Shown here in pieces: positions 1 to 13,869 of a DNA stretch of 64,000 bases; the stretch's first letter is position 1; each line of letters starts with the position of its first letter. The stretch is from Mobula hypostoma (lineage: Eukaryota): the NCBI RefSeq assembly GCF_963921235.1, contig NC_086098.1, positions 61,070,001 to 61,134,000 on the forward strand, in the 5' to 3' direction. The notes below the pieces were generated by a model. The model was not told where the DNA came from. It ran no database searches and saw only the letters and a program-made list of their open reading frames with translations. The translations under genes were made by a program, and so were the position numbers.

Positions 1-519
1 ACAGCAATGAGCTCCATTGATTTTGTGCACACTATAGGATAATTAATATATTGGGTCCTTTTCTTTATTGTGTTTGTTATAGTTTAAAATATTTTGTCAT
101 TACAATTCTAATCTAAGTTTATGCTGGTGTGAGTTAAATTATTACTTTCTGGTGAACAGTATATTTGCAGGGGTGTGTCACTATTCATACAAGTAACAGT
201 CTTACTTTAATTTAAAGGAATACTAAAACTTTTATGTTTTGTGTTTACCTGAATCATATTTCTTTATTGGAAATAGCCTTGTCATTGTTATTCCCCATCC
301 ATTGTAGGGTTATGTTACTGTTAGTTTGCATTCACAGTACTAGCTAACTCATTACAAACCGACAGTGAGAGGGTAACAGTCATGAACTCTTGATCTAATG
401 CTCCCTTTAACTTTTCACATTAGGCACAATTGGGCCTCTATTTCCATTGGGTTTTTCTGTGCTTTGAAGGGCAACTTTGTTGACCTCGAGGCAAAGAGTT
501 GTACAACATGAAAACAGCT

Positions 520-1760
520 CCTTTGACCAGACACATCAATGCTGACCAAGCTGCTTATCGATGCTTATCCTATTTTCCTGCATTTGACCCACATCCCTGT
601 ATCCATCTACCTGTCCAAATGCTTTTTAAACATTGTGCTGGTACTTATTTCTACCACCTCCCATGGCAGCCTCTCTATACCCACCCACCCTTCATGTGGA
701 TAAACCTGTCACTCTGACTTCCTTTAAATATTTCCTTTCTCACCTTAAACCTATGTTCTCTAATTTAGACTCCTCTTCCCTTTGAAAAAGACTAACTCTC
801 TACACAATCTATATTCTCCATGATATTATAAAGCTTGATAATGTCACTCCTCAGCTTCCTATGCTCCTGTGATAACAATCTCAGCCCTTCCAATCATTCT
901 TGTATGTAAATTCCCCCAATCCCTTCTGCGCTTTATCTAAAGCTGCTACCACATCCTTTCGATAGTTTGGTGAACAGGACTGTACATAATATTCCATTTA
1001 TGGCTTAACCACTTGTCTTATACAACTACAACATGATGTCCTAAGTCTTATATTCATTACTCCTGCCTATGGATACAAGCAAACTATACAGCTTCTTCAT
1101 TACCCCTTCCCCGAGTCACCATTTTCAGGGAGCTAAGAGCTTACACACCAGAGTCCCTCTGTACATCAATGCTTCTGTGGTCCTTCCCATTTACTCAATA
1201 TATCTATGCACATATGTATACATTGTATACGATATATAATCATATAATGTATATGTCCAGCCAGTATTAGATGATCCAAAATGCATTACCTCACACTCGT
1301 CTGGATTAAATTGCATCTGCAATCATCCCAAACAACTTTCCAGCTGATCTATGTCCCACTATATACTTAGGCAATTATCTACAACTCTACCAATCTTTGT
1401 GCATCAGCAAAATTATTTACCAGAGCACAGACTTTCTCATTCAATTATTTGTATATATGACAAACAACGAAGGTCACAGCACAGTTCACCATTGGTTACT
1501 AGCTACTAGTCACAAAAACAGCTACCCTCCGCATCATATCACCAAACTAGTTTTGAATTTAGTTCATTAAAACACCCTGGATTCTAAATGCCCTAACAAG
1601 CTTGCCATGCAGAGCTTTGTCAAAGCCTTGTTGAAGTCTGGGTACATAAGCTGTACTGTATTGCCTTCATAATTTTCTTAGTAACCTTATGAAAAGACTC
1701 AATCAGATTTTTTCAAGAAGATTTCCTGTGCTCCACGCCATGCTGACCCCTCCCTAATCC
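520..1760 (-). mobile_element. Old, degenerate CR1 LINE 3' portion (RT C-terminus and 3' UTR)
   Basis: Reverse-complement similarity to the younger CR1 copies in this window; many stops and indels; boundaries approximate. Confidence 0.65.
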
Positions 1761-2227
1761 CAGGCTAGGGACTGTTAATGGAGAGGAAATACACAGCAGT
1801 TTGGTTGTCTGATCCCACCCCACAGATCCACCACAAATCCAATCTCAGTGAAAACTGGGGTCAAATAAGCCTATATCATTGCCTGAACACTTTTCTCATT
1901 CTGGAAATCTAAAAAAAACTGCAAAAGCTGGAAACTTCAATCGTTCTCACCAAAATGCTACATCATGCCTCTAGCAAGCTTCAAGCTGGAGAGCAGTTAA
2001 CCTACAGGATAGTTGAGAAACTGTTCAACTTACATTGTCTTCATTCCAGAATCAAGGTCACTTCAGCTTAAATCATCAATTTGCAGTTGTGCAGGTTTGG
2101 AAGCAGGATTTCAATTACTTTTGACAGGTCTATTGGCATCTTTCAGAGTGGAGCTGATTAGAAAGCTCTACCATAACGGGCAACTATCTTCTTTCTGTGT
2201 TATATCACTTTGGGTCATTCTTGTAGA

Positions 2228-2892
2228 TTTTACAAGCACAGTGCCATGTTAGCATTCATTTCAAGAGGTCTGGAATACAAGAGCAAGGATGTGATGCTGG
2301 GGCTTTATAAGGCACTGGTGAGGTCTCACCTCGAGTACTGTGAACAGTTTTGGGCTCCTCATCTTAGAAGAGATGAGCTGGCACTGGAAAGGGGTTCCAG
2401 AGGAGGTTCACAAGGATGATTCCAGGAATTAAAGGGTTATCATATGAGGAACGTTTGATGGCTCAGGGTCTGTACTCGCTGGAATTGAAAAGAATGAGGG
2501 GGGATCTCATTGAAACCTTTTGAATGTTGAAAGGTCTAGACAGAGTAGATGTAGAAAGGATGTTTCCCATGCTGGGGAGTCTAGGACAAGAAGGCACAGC
2601 CTCAGGATAGAGGGGAGCCCTTTCAAAACAGAGATGCAGAGAAATTTCTTTAGCCAAAGGATGGTGAATTTGTGGAATGTGTTGCCACATGCAGCTGTGG
2701 AGGCCAGATTGTTGGGTGTATTTAAGGCAGAGATTGATAGGTTTTTGATAGGACATGGCATCAAAGGTTACAGGAAGAAGGCCAGGAACTGGGATTGAGG
2801 AGGAGATAGATAAAAGGATCAGCCATGATTGAATGGCAGAGTAGACTCGATGGGCCCGATGGCCTAATTCTGCTCCTGTGTCTTATGATCTT
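2228..2892 (+). mobile_element. CR1 LINE 3' fragment
   Basis: ORF pieces 'MLAFISRGLEYKSKDVMLGLYKALVRSHLEYCEQFWAPHLR' and 'RNFFSQRMVNLWNVLP' (CR1 ORF2 C-terminus); ends in a tcttatg-type tail. Confidence 0.9.
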
Positions 2893-4149
2893 TTGGTATT
2901 AAATGCACCTTATGCTAAATGTCAATCTTCTGGTATATATTTTATTAGTTGTTAATTCATTTGTGGTAATATTACTTGAAGTGTTGCGTGTGAGTTACGG
3001 TATATGTGTTGTTCTCCTGGTCCGGGGAAAATACTGTTTTGTTTAGCAATATATCTACATGTCTATGGTTGGATGACAATAAATTTGAACTTGAAATTGA
3101 ACCTAAACTTGAGGAGCTTTAATTCCATTCTGTTTTTCAGAAAGCACAAAAAATTAAGCTGAAGTCTGCAACAGGAAAGCTGGCTATTAAGATGATTCCT
3201 GTCCTTTACCAGTTTATCCTTACATAACATGTAATCTTTTCAACAATGCGCTCACTGATTCTTCCTTACATTTTTTAGCATAGTTAGTAGTTTACAAAAG
3301 GTATCATTAGCAGTACCTGAAAATATTTTTAAAGTTATATGACACCTATAACTTGTGTAATAATATTTCTTGGTCTGTCATTTCATGGGAAATTAACATA
3401 CACTGATAATTTGAGGACAACAACCTGTTATTATTGGATAGGAATTTTATCAGTTGTGTCCTGAAAATATCATGTGACAAACATTATGTATGATATTTAA
3501 CAACCATTTTGCTTATCATTATCACTTTGTAAATTAATATTCTGAATTTTATTATTGCAAATATTCCACTTAACATCAAATCAAGAAAGTTGCTGTGCTG
3601 AAAGGTACTTGTGAAGGCACAAAAGCATTCTTACACTATTAATTGAATTGTAATGAAAATGCTATTGAACTATAACTTAAGGAATAATCACAAATAAATG
3701 TGGTTATTAATGTAGACTAATTTTCTTTTCTTCTTTAAGTAAAGTTATTCCAAATACCCAACAACTTCATGTTGTTCAATGTCTCCATGGAGAAAGAGAG
3801 CTAATTCTATTAATTACTGAACCCACAGTCATAGCATTTAAAATCCCATCAAATGCCTCGGAGAGCCTTTTCAAGAGTGCTACATTTAACAGGATATACA
3901 TGAGGAATATTTAACTAAGCATATGGAGCTTGATGATATCATTGTTTTTGGAGTAAAGGTATTGTGATAAATAAGCATCTTGAGATCTATTAGAGCAGTG
4001 CTAAAACAAAACCAGCTTAAAAAATTTGATCCATCTGTGCCTTTTTAGACACTAATCATCTAAATCACAGATTTGCTCAGCCTTTCTTCATAAGACATGT
4101 GCTCTAATCGAGAAGCATCTTGGTAAATCTCCTCTGCACTTTCTCTAAA

Positions 4150-4500
4150 GCTCTTGAACCAGAGGGGATAACTTAACTCAACTTCACTTTACCCATCTTT
4201 GAACTATACCTGCAAACTATGATCTCACTTTCAGGGACTCTTCATCACATGTTTATTGCTTATTTATTTATTATTAATATTTATCATTATTATTTTTTTC
4301 CTTTTATTCTTTCTTTTTGTATTTCCATTGTTTGTTGGCTTTAGCACATTGATTGTCCATCCTGTGCTGTGGTCTTTCATTGATATGAATCCAATAACAT
4401 GGTTATTAGATTTATTGAGTATGCCTGCAAGAAAATGAATCTCTGGGTCGTATATGATGTTATACAGGTATGTACTTCGATAATATACTTATTTTGAACT
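4150..4500 (+). repeat. Dispersed LINE-type 3' UTR/tail repeat (Rex1-like); related copies at about 33790-34270 and 53030-53155
   Basis: Shared motifs 'caagaaaatga.tct....gt.gtatatg' and 't.gataata...tt..tt.gaac' in all three copies. Confidence 0.55.
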
Positions 4501-4589
4501 GTTTGAACACAATGAAGTTAAGAGGGAGCTGTCCTGACAACAGAGTGTGGTAAGTGGAACATTTGCAGCATTCCATGAACAGCCTTGGA

Positions 4590-5282
4590 TACCTAAGCAT
4601 TGAATGTATTCATTGTCAGAGAAGGTCAGGCTAGGCTGAGTGAGCACAGGCATAATCGAGTTTTTCAAGCTGGTGTGAGTCCTGAGGCTCCTGTACCTTC
4701 TTCCTGATGGCAGCAGTGAGAGAGAGCATGGTCTCATTAAGGAGGGTTCCTGATGATGGATGCTGTTGTTCTGTAACAATGCTCATTAGTGGGGAGGGCT
4801 TTACCCGTGATGGACTGTGCCATATTGACTGCTATTTATAGCATTTTCTGTTCAAGGGCATTGGTGTTTCCATATCAGGCTGTGATGCAGTCAGTCAATA
4901 TACTCTCCACCACACATCTATAGAAGTTTATAAAAGTTTTAGATTTCATGCCGAATCTTCACAAACTTCTAAGGAAGTAGAGGCGCTAACTTGCTGTCTT
5001 CATAATTGTTCTTATGTGCCGGGCCCAGGATGGTCCTCTGAAATGATAAGACCGAGAAATTTAAAGTTGCTGACCCTCTCCACCTCTGATCCCCAAATAG
5101 TGGCTCATGGACCTCTGGTTTCCTCCTCCTGAAGTTAACAATCGGCTCCTTGGTCTTATTGACATCGACTAAGAAGCTGTTGTGGCACCACTCAGCCAGA
5201 TTTTCAATCTCCCTCCTATATGCTGATTCAACACCACCTGTGATTCGGCCTGCGACAGTGGTGTCATCAGCAAACTTTAAAT
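4590..5282 (-). mobile_element. Rex1/Babar-clade LINE 3' fragment
   Basis: Minus strand reads KFADDTTVAGRITGGVESAYRREIENL and later LLPSGRRYRSLRT, typical of Rex1/Babar RT and C-terminus; homologous to 10199-11291. Confidence 0.75.
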
Positions 5283-5364
5283 TTCCTTACCACAGGATCA
5301 TTCCAAGCAGCTACAGTATGTGTTTGCACTGTCAGGCATTTTCAGTGGTCAGTACAGCCTAGAG

Positions 5365-5444
5365 CAGGGGTTCCTAACCTGCGGTCCACAGACCCCTTGC
5401 TTATTGGTATTCATCCATGGCATTAAAAATGTTAGGAACCCCTG
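5365..5444. mobile_element. 80-bp hAT (Charlie/Buster-type) MITE
   Basis: Perfect 14-bp TIRs CAGGGGTTCCTAAC / GTTAGGAACCCCTG; 8-bp TSD gcctagag (5357-5364) / gcctagtg (5445-5452) with central TA. Confidence 0.9.
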
Positions 5445-6240
5445 GCCTAGTGGGATGGACCCTGCAGGACAAGGGCTTCTCTCTAATCCTCTGACAGGTC
5501 ATAGTATTTACAAAATCACTCTAATATACAAACAATCATAACATCTCTTGAAAGTACCATTGAAAATGTATTCTCCAACCACACTAGTTTTGTGCGGACA
5601 CAATGAGAACGACCAAACTTCAGGAAAGGGGCAGTGTTTTTTGGTGTATGTAAACAGGGAATGATGCCTCGTCTGACGAGTTGCAAATAGAGATAAACAT
5701 ATTGATGTAATCAGTAGCATTTCCTCTTACAACATTACCTTGAAGGGAAAGGAATTGAAGAGAGGCTAGAGCAGCTGAAGATGGTTCCACCAAGAATACT
5801 GCCTGAAGAACTCCTACCATGAAATTGCAGAACTGAAATCATTTACCTCTCACAAACACGGCAACCTTTCTATGTGTCAAGCTAGGGTGAAATATTGTTT
5901 CTGATTGACTCACAGATTAAAAATAACGATTGAATTCCTCACGACCATTCCTGGCTCCACTGCTCACCAATTGTCCTTCACTCTTTACACAAAACAGTCC
6001 TTCAACATTGCGATGCATTCACTACACACCTGTCCAAAGGATTCATCATATATTGACATTTATCTTGTAGCAGATACAAGGGCAGTTTAGTGCTTGGATG
6101 CAGTATTAAGGAACATGTAGAAAAAGTGCTCATCATTGAATTATATGTAGCTTCATAAAATAACTCAACTTAACAGCCTTACATTAGGCAAGTACCATTG
6201 TCCACATCCTTAATGGCCTACGGTCTCTTTAACTTTATTT

Positions 6241-6432
6241 CCATATAACCATATAACCATATAACAATTACAGCACGGAAACAGGCCATCTCGGCCCTTC
6301 TAGTCTGTGCTGAACGCTTACTCTCACCTAGCCCCACCGACCTGCCCTCAGCCCATAACCCTCCATTCCTTTCCTGTCCATATACCGATCCAATTTTTTT
6401 TGATGACAAAATCAAACCTGTCTCTACCATTT
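6241..6432 (-). mobile_element. CR1 3'-terminal fragment with octamer tandem tail
   Basis: (ccatataa)x3 tail followed by the reverse complement of a CR1 3' UTR ('acagcacggaaacaggcc...'). Confidence 0.8.
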
Positions 6433-7999
6433 TCTGCTGTGTAATTCATCCTGCAGAATTTCAGCAGATATTCAAGGAGGTGGATAACTGACGAAACCTT
6501 TTGGCCCTCAGCTTTATAATTTCATAATCTCACAAGCCCCTACCCCCAAGGCCCCTGTCAAAGGATGCACCCCAGTGTTGATGCACTAAAGCTGCCATCA
6601 AGAAACAAGGTGGCATATTGGATACTGGCTGATGGTTTTGAGGGGTGTCAGGGTGGACTAATGGAGAAAGGGGTAATATCTCCCACCAATTGTCCTTTTG
6701 TGGTCATCTCCAGTCTGGAGCCAATACATTATCTCTGCAAGCACTCTCCTGGGAAGCAGCTTGGTGAACATCTAAATATCTTGTTTTAGGCTGTCTGTTT
6801 TGGGGGAAAAAGTTATATCAATTCTCCTGATTGCCCCAGCAGTATCTGAAAGGCAGCACCACTAAACCGAGCTGCTAACATTGCACTTTGTGAATAGTGC
6901 CTTGCACCCCCTGTCTACCTCCTTTTCTGCATTAATAGTCAATTTCTAACAGCAGCAAGCAGCTGATCAACAGCAATGCAGAAATAATTTTATCAGAAGG
7001 ACTACTGTGGCCCAAGAATTTGATTAACCTGCACCTTCTCAGGACAATTAGTAATGACTAATTACTGTTGGTTTTGACAGCTATGTCCTCAACCTCGAAA
7101 TGAATAAAATAAAGAAATAAAAATAGTCAACTTCCCAGTAAGAAAGTAGTGATACTCTGTTAAATGTCTCCTAATTGTATGTTGTCTAAACTACAGAGAG
7201 CTATGTAATTTAGCAACATACACAGCACTGAGTAAACCCGCAAGTAAACAATGAGAAACTACCAGTTGGATTTTCTCACTATTACTTGGATCAGCACAAT
7301 TAAGTACAAAAACTAGTTGTGTGGGTGAGAATTAAAAGTTCAAAGCAACTTATTCCTTAATTCTTAAAGCTTTTGATTCAGTGAAAATGAAAATATGGAC
7401 TACCTTTGTGTTATATGTGTTTACCTCTCTTACAAGACTACGAAAGTCCTTTGTCTTTCGTACAGGCATTAAACCTGTCAAGTATAATACCTTTTACATT
7501 ACTTTACTGTTGTCTAGTGACAGCAATTATTAAGGATGTTATTATAGTCCCACATATGGAGGCTAAATTTATGCATGGGGGTGGACAAGCATGCGGACAA
7601 ATGAAATGTTCTATTACTCTATCTCTAAATCGACTATCAGGAAATAACAGAGATACACAAATATGCATATAATTTCTCTGAGAATAAATTCATTACCTGC
7701 GTATTATACTCCAGAAGCTTCTGGAAAGATAATTATCCATATTTTCCATTATTTCACATCAGAATATTGTGAGATGTAATCAAAGTGAATGAAGAACGCC
7801 TGAAATTGGCAAGATGTATTCCCCACCCAACTTATTCTGCAGAGACTTTCCATGGGTTCAGATATCGCGCCTCCGCCAAAACTAGAATATGATAACGTGG
7901 GTGGTGGCAACATAAAATTTGGAGTATTGTATTCAGTGCTGGGTATGATCAGGAAACAGAGAAGAGGTGAATAAATTTGATCAGGATGGATGATGGTGA

Positions 8000-9285
8000 A
8001 CATTGTTCTCCAGGAGTCAATATCAATATGAATGTAAGCAGTTTATGTTGAACCTCTGTAAAACACTGGTGTGGACAGAAAAGGGTTATTTTGTCCATTC
8101 TGGGCATTGTATATTAGGAAGGACGCATAGGCCTCAGAGAATGACCAGAAAACATTTATTAGATATTTTTCATGTTATCAAGGAATTATGTTACATGGGT
8201 TGGTCAGGAAATTCTGGGGTTGTCTTCTTGGAGGAAATTTGACAGAGTGAAAAAGAGGAACTGTTCCAATTGATAAAATCACTTAGAATCAGGTACTTGA
8301 GAGGACTGGTGAGAAAGGCAAAGGCAACCAGTGGGAAAACTATTTTTCTTACAAGTTGTTAAGCTTTGAAACGCACAGACGGAAAGTGTGGTGGAAGCAA
8401 ATTCGATCGTGAATTTCAAAAGCTGGGTAAGTATTTGAAAAGAAAAAAGATTCTTCCAGGTCTATGTAATAGAGCATGGGAGTGGGACTAATTGGATTGT
8501 TCCTGCCAAAAATTGCACAAGTTTGAAGGGAACTGTGGCCTATTTCTGTACTGCTATAATTCTACTGAATGTTTCTATAGGTATCTTAAATCAGGGAGAA
8601 GCATTCAGATTCAGCTTCCAAAAATACATTTGAGAGATGCACCCATCAGTTCCTAGGGAGTACTGAGAAACAGAGTGATGCTTGATGTAGTACAAGTAGA
8701 TAACATGGTTAAGGATGTATTTATGCATCAGGGTAATGAATACAAGAGCTGGGAGGTTATGTTCCAACTTAATAAAACATTGATCATACCTCAGCTGGAA
8801 CATTGCATGTATTTCTAGTTACCATACTACAGGGAAAGATGTGATTGAACTGGAGAGGGTGCAAGGGCAATTCATGAGGATATTGCATAGGATGGAATGT
8901 TCTAGTTACGAGGGAACCGTGGAGAAGCTAGTTCTGTTTTCTCTGGAGCAGATTGAAGTACGTAAACTTATGAGTGGCATGGAAATTTCTCCCCTTATCA
9001 GAGGAGAATAAAAATAGAAGACATGCATTCATGGTAATGGTTTAGAGATTTAGAGATTTTAAGGGGACCTTTATCACCCAGAGAGTGGTGTGTACCTGAA
9101 ACACACTACTGGAGGGGGTGGTAGAACAGGAGTCTCTGATGTCATTTAAGGAATGTCTAGACAAGCAACTGAATCACCTAGGCATAGAAGGATACAAGCC
9201 AAGTGCAGGGAGTTTGGATTGCTATGCATATGAACATGGACATAGTGGGCTGAATGGTCTTTTCCCATACTACATAACTCTATGA
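8000..9285 (+). mobile_element. Two consecutive old CR1 3' fragments (about 8000-8560 and 8620-9285)
   Basis: Degenerate 'LYKTLVRP.LE.C.QFW'-like coding remnants and CR1 3' UTR motifs occur twice. Confidence 0.65.
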
Positions 9286-11350
9286 GAAACAATCTGAATG
9301 CTTGAGTGTAAAGAGGATGGGACCGTCTGTAAAGTTTTATTTCATGTTCTGAATATCAAGGTTAGAAGGTCAGAATTTATAAGGGTATTGTTCCTTCACT
9401 ATTAGGTGCACATTTACCTTGTACAGAAGTTCAGGTGGTAAATTCATGCATGAGCTCCCCACAACCTGTTCAGTGAGGCGCTGTGCAGTACAGACCCATA
9501 TGATCATGGAAGTTGGACTAGCCTTATCCATGGAAAGAGTTTGACAGCCACACCCTTTTTTCTCTCACCTCTGAACTGACTAGTCTGCCAAAGATCTATT
9601 CCACAAACATTTCAAAACAGCCTCTCAAAAAGTTTGTAACTTTTGAATATATTTATCCAGTGGGTCCCAAACTTTCTGATAGTTACAGAGCAAAAAGATA
9701 GCAATTAGGAAAATTCAGGCCATTATTTTACAGACTCACAGACACTACCAATGGTGGGTCACAAGGTGCATGAGAGAGCAGGCAGACAGGTAATTTGAGA
9801 GGTGATGTACTCCTTTTTATTAGACAGGACTTCTATATGCTCCTGTTTTTAAGTATGCAATATCATTCCAAATGCCCCTTCTGTATTTTCAGTGGTCACT
9901 GGCCAGAGATTCCACAAATCCATCAACTCTGAGTTCTTTTGTTTGAACTTACTGGTAATCTCTTATTGTGATACAGCTCAGAACAGAATGTCTGTTTCAG
10001 GAATCTGGTATTGTGGCTGGGATATTGGTGTCCCATGACCAGCAACACATAAGCCAGTATTGACGACTGTATTTCTTTACCATCTTCATCATATGATCCT
10101 ACTTACTGGTAAGTTCCCATGGGCACTGTTGTCAGCATCACTTCGCAAAATAAGTTGGATAGGCCTGAGCTGGTAATAGTTGGTTGTTGTATTGTCTCAA
10201 AATCAGAATCAGCTTTATTATCACCGGCATGTGTTGTGAAATTTGATAACTTAGCAGCAGCAGTTCAATGCAATACATAACACAGAAGAAGAGAGAAAAA
10301 TAATAATAAATAAATAAATAAATAAATTATAGTATGCATATATTGAATAGACTAAAAGTTGTGCCCCCAAAAAAACCAGAAATAATACATATTTAAAAAG
10401 TGAGGTAGTGTTCACGGGTTCAATATCCATTTAGGAATTGGATGGCAAAGGGGAAGAAGCTGTTCCTGAATCGCTGAGTGTGTGCCTTCAGGCTTCTGAC
10501 TGATGGTAACAGTGAGGAAAGGGCATGCGCTGGGTACCGGGGGTCCTTAATAACGCTGCCTTTCTGAGACACCGCTCCTTGAAGATGCCCTGGGTACTTT
10601 GTATACTAGTACTCAAGATGGAGCCAACTAAATTTACAACCCTCTGCAGCTTCTTTCAGTCCTGTGCAGTAACCACCCACCCCCCCATCCCCATTCAAGA
10701 CAGTGATGCAGCCTGTCAGAATGCTCTCCAGGGTACAACTACAGAAGTTTTTGAGTGTATTTGTTGACATGCCAAATCTCTTCAAACGCCTAATGAAGTA
10801 TAGCCGCTGTCTTGCCTTCTTTATAATTGCATTGATATATTGGGACCAAATTAGGTCCTAAGAGATCTTGACACCCAGGAACTTGAAACTGTTCACTCTC
10901 TCCACTTCTGATCCCTCTATGTGTTTCCTCTTCTTACCCTTCCTGAAGTCCACAATCAGCTCTTTCGTCTTACTGTCATTAAGTGCAAGGTTGTTGCTGT
11001 AATATCACTCCACTAGCTGGCAAATCTCACCCCTGTACGCGTTATTTTCTCCATCTGAGATTCTACCAACAATGGTTGTATCGTCAGCAAATTTATAGAT
11101 GGTATTTGAGCTTTGCCTAGCCACACAGTCATGGGTATACCGAGAGTAGAGCAGTGGGCTAAGCACACACCCCTGAGGTGCACCAGTGTTAATCGTCAGC
11201 AAGGAGAAGATGTTATCACCAGTCTGCACAAATTGTGGTCTCCCAGTTAGGAAGTTGAAGATCCGATTGCAGAGGGAGATACAGAGGCCCAGCAACACTC
11301 ACAACAAGCTGGAGGAACTCAGCAGGTAGGGCAGCATCCGCGGAAACGAT

Positions 11351-11388
11351 CAGTTAATGTTTCAGGCCGGAACCCTTCATCAGGACTG
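11351..11388 (-). ncRNA. Minimal type I hammerhead ribozyme (degenerate) in the inverted PLE arm
   Basis: Minus strand: cagtc CTGATGA agggttccggcct GAAA catt aactg. Confidence 0.65.
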
Positions 11389-12744
11389 AAGAGGGAAGGG
11401 GCAGAGGCCCTATGAAGAAGGTGGGGGGAGGGTGGGAAGTAGAAGGCTGGAAGGTTCCAGGTGAAAAACCAGTAAGGGGAAAGATAAAGGGGTGGGGGAG
11501 GGGATAAGCAGGAAAGGTGAAGAAGGAATAGGGGAAAGCACAATGAGTAGTAGAAGGAGGCGGAACCATAATCTATAAGTTTAATACAGACAAGTGACAT
11601 CTTCTATAAGACCACTGACTCTCATAACTGCCTCGACCATACCTTTTCCCACCCGTCACATACAAAAATGCCATTCCCTATTCCCAGTTCCTCCGTCTCC
11701 GCCGCATCTGCTCCCAGGATGAGGCTTTCTGTTCCAGGACATCTCAAATGTCCCCTTTCTTTAAGGATCGTGGTTTCCCTTCTGCCATCATCAATGATGC
11801 CCTCACCTGCATCTCCTCCATTTCCCGCACTTTGGCCCTCACCCCATCCTCCCGCCACCACGACAGGGACAGAGTTCCCCTTGTCCTCACCTACCACCCC
11901 ACCAGCCTCCGGATCCAGCACATTATCCTCCGCAACTTCCGCCACCTTCAACAGGACCCCACCACTAAGCACATCTTTCCCTCTCCACTCCTCTCCGCTT
12001 TCCGCAGGGATCAGTCCCTCCGTGACTCCCTTATCCACACGTCCCTCCCCACGGATCTCCCACCCGGCACTTATCTCTGTAAGCGTAAGTGCTACACCTG
12101 TCCCTACACCTCCTCTCTTGCCACCATTCAGGGCCCCACACATTCCTTCCAAGTGAGGCAAAACTTCACTTGTGAGTCTGTTGGGGTCATCTATTGCATC
12201 CAGTGCTCCCGGTGCGGCCTCCTCTACATCGGTGAAACCCGACGCAGATTGGAGGACCACTTCGTCAAGCACCTCCGCTCCTTCCGCCACAACAGACAGG
12301 ATCTTCCGGTTGCCACCGACTTCAACTCTGCTTCATATTCCCATTCGGATATGTGCATACATGGCCTCCTCTACTGCCATGATGAGGCTAATCTCAGGTT
12401 GGATGAGCAACACCTCATATACCGTCTAGGTAGTCTCCAGCCCCTTGGTATGAACATTGAATTCTCCAACTTCCTGTAATTCTCTCCTCCTTCCCTTCCC
12501 CTATCCCAGTTTCACTCTGCCCCCTCCCTCAGCTGCCTACTACCTCCTTTATGGTTCCGCCTCCTTCTACTACCCATTGAGCTTTCCCCTATTCCTTCTT
12601 CACCTTTCCTGTCTATTCCCTCCCTGCTTCCCCTCCCCCATCCCTTTATCTTTCCCCTTACTGGTTTTTCACCTGGAACCTACCAGCCTTCTCCTTCCCA
12701 CCCTCCCCCCCACCTTCTTTATAGGGCCTCTGCCCCTTCCCTCT

Positions 12745-12784
12745 TCAGTCCTGACGAAGGGTTCCGGCCCGAAACGTTGACTGA
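12745..12784 (+). ncRNA. Minimal type I hammerhead ribozyme
   Basis: tcagtc CTGACGA a gggt-tccg-gccc GAAA cg TT gactga: 6-bp stem I, intact core, short stem II, palindromic ACGT in place of stem III, GUU cleavage triplet. Confidence 0.85.
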
Positions 12785-12989
12785 TCGTTTCCACGGATGC
12801 TGCCCAACCTGTTGATTTCCTCCAGCCTGTTGTGAGTGTTGCTTTGACCCCAGCATCTGCTGAGTATTTTGTGTTTACAGAGGCCCAGGTTCTGTAACTA
12901 CTGAATCAGGATTGTGGGAATGGCTGTAGTGAAATTTTGAACATGTTGTGCTGCATTTCGTTCTGCTGTACGCAGAGAAACAGAATAAG

Positions 12990-13665
12990 AACTAGAATGG
13001 GCGCTGGGAGATCCCTCTTTTTCTGGTGGACAGAGCGTAGGTGTTCAGCGGAGCGGTCTCCCAATCTATGTCAGGTCTCACCGATATACAAGAGGCCATA
13101 TTGGGAGCACTGGATACAACAATTGACCCCAACAGACTCACAGGTGAAGAGTCACCTCCCCCGGAAGAACTGTTTGAGGCCCTGAATGGTAGTGAAGGAG
13201 GAGGTGTAGGGGCAGACGTAGCACTTTTTCAGCTTAGTGCCGGAGGGAGAACAGTGGAGAGGTATGAATGGACAAGAGAGTCACGTAGGGAGTGATCCCT
13301 GAGGAAAGCAGAAATGGTGGTGGGGGGGAGGCAAGATGTGCTTGGTGGTGGGATCCTATTGGAAATGGAAGAAGTTACAGAGAATTATGTGCTGGACGCA
13401 GAGGCTGGTGGAGCGGTAGGTGATGACAAGAGGAACCCTATCCCTGCTGGGGTGGAGGCAATATGCGGTTGAGGGCAGCATTGATGGTGGAGGAAGGCAA
13501 ACCCCTTTCTTTGAAGAAGGAAGACATCTCTTTCGTTCTGGAATGAAAAGCCTTATCCTGAGATCAGATGCGGCGGAGATGGAGGAATTGAGAGAAGGGG
13601 ATGACATTTTTACAAGTAACGGGGCGGGAAGAAGTATAGTCCAGGTACCTCTGAGAGTTAGTGTT
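12990..13665 (-). mobile_element. Older Penelope-like element fragment (linker and GIY-YIG region)
   Basis: Reverse-complement homology to 11620-12350 ('DRVPLVITY...VQHIILCNF'). Confidence 0.85.
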
Positions 13666-13869
13666 ATAATCACTGAATCATGTACAAAATTATTAGAATT
13701 GGTAGCACCATCTGTTTGAGCAGATCAGTTGTTTATTGTGAGTGGGTGAGTTATATAGAGAGTGAAAATTAGAAAGGACTGTGGAATAGTGAGAGCTCTG
13801 TTTTTGGGAGCATTTCAATCTCCCTTTTTCAGCACACATGCCCAGACTCTTCAAAATACTGTGCTGCAA

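Larger units (their letters stand above)
11293..12875 (+). mobile_element. Penelope-like element (Neptune-type), 5'-truncated, with an inverted pseudo-LTR at its 5' side
   Basis: ORF 11748-12479 has a Cys-rich linker (CKRKCYTC) and a GIY-YIG endonuclease (VIYCIQCSRCGLLYIGET); 11293-11569 is the reverse complement of the 3' UTR; 13-bp TSD tacagaggcccag (11280-11292 / 12876-12888). Confidence 0.92.
10199..12925 (-). mobile_element. Rex1/Babar LINE (5'-truncated), interrupted by a Penelope element at 11293-12875
   Basis: ORF 11005-11298 '[23 protein letters not shown]...[14 protein letters not shown]'; (aatcag)n tail at about 10200; sequence resumes at 12889 after the TSD. Confidence 0.85.

Noticed and set aside
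10296-10330. (taaa)n, (aatcag)n and similar short tandem arrays
   Set aside because: LINE tails or microsatellites; no spacer-repeat organisation, so not CRISPR-like.
11622-12290. 222-aa minus-strand and 162-aa Pro/Ser-rich ORFs
   Set aside because: Alternative-frame shadows of the Penelope ORF.
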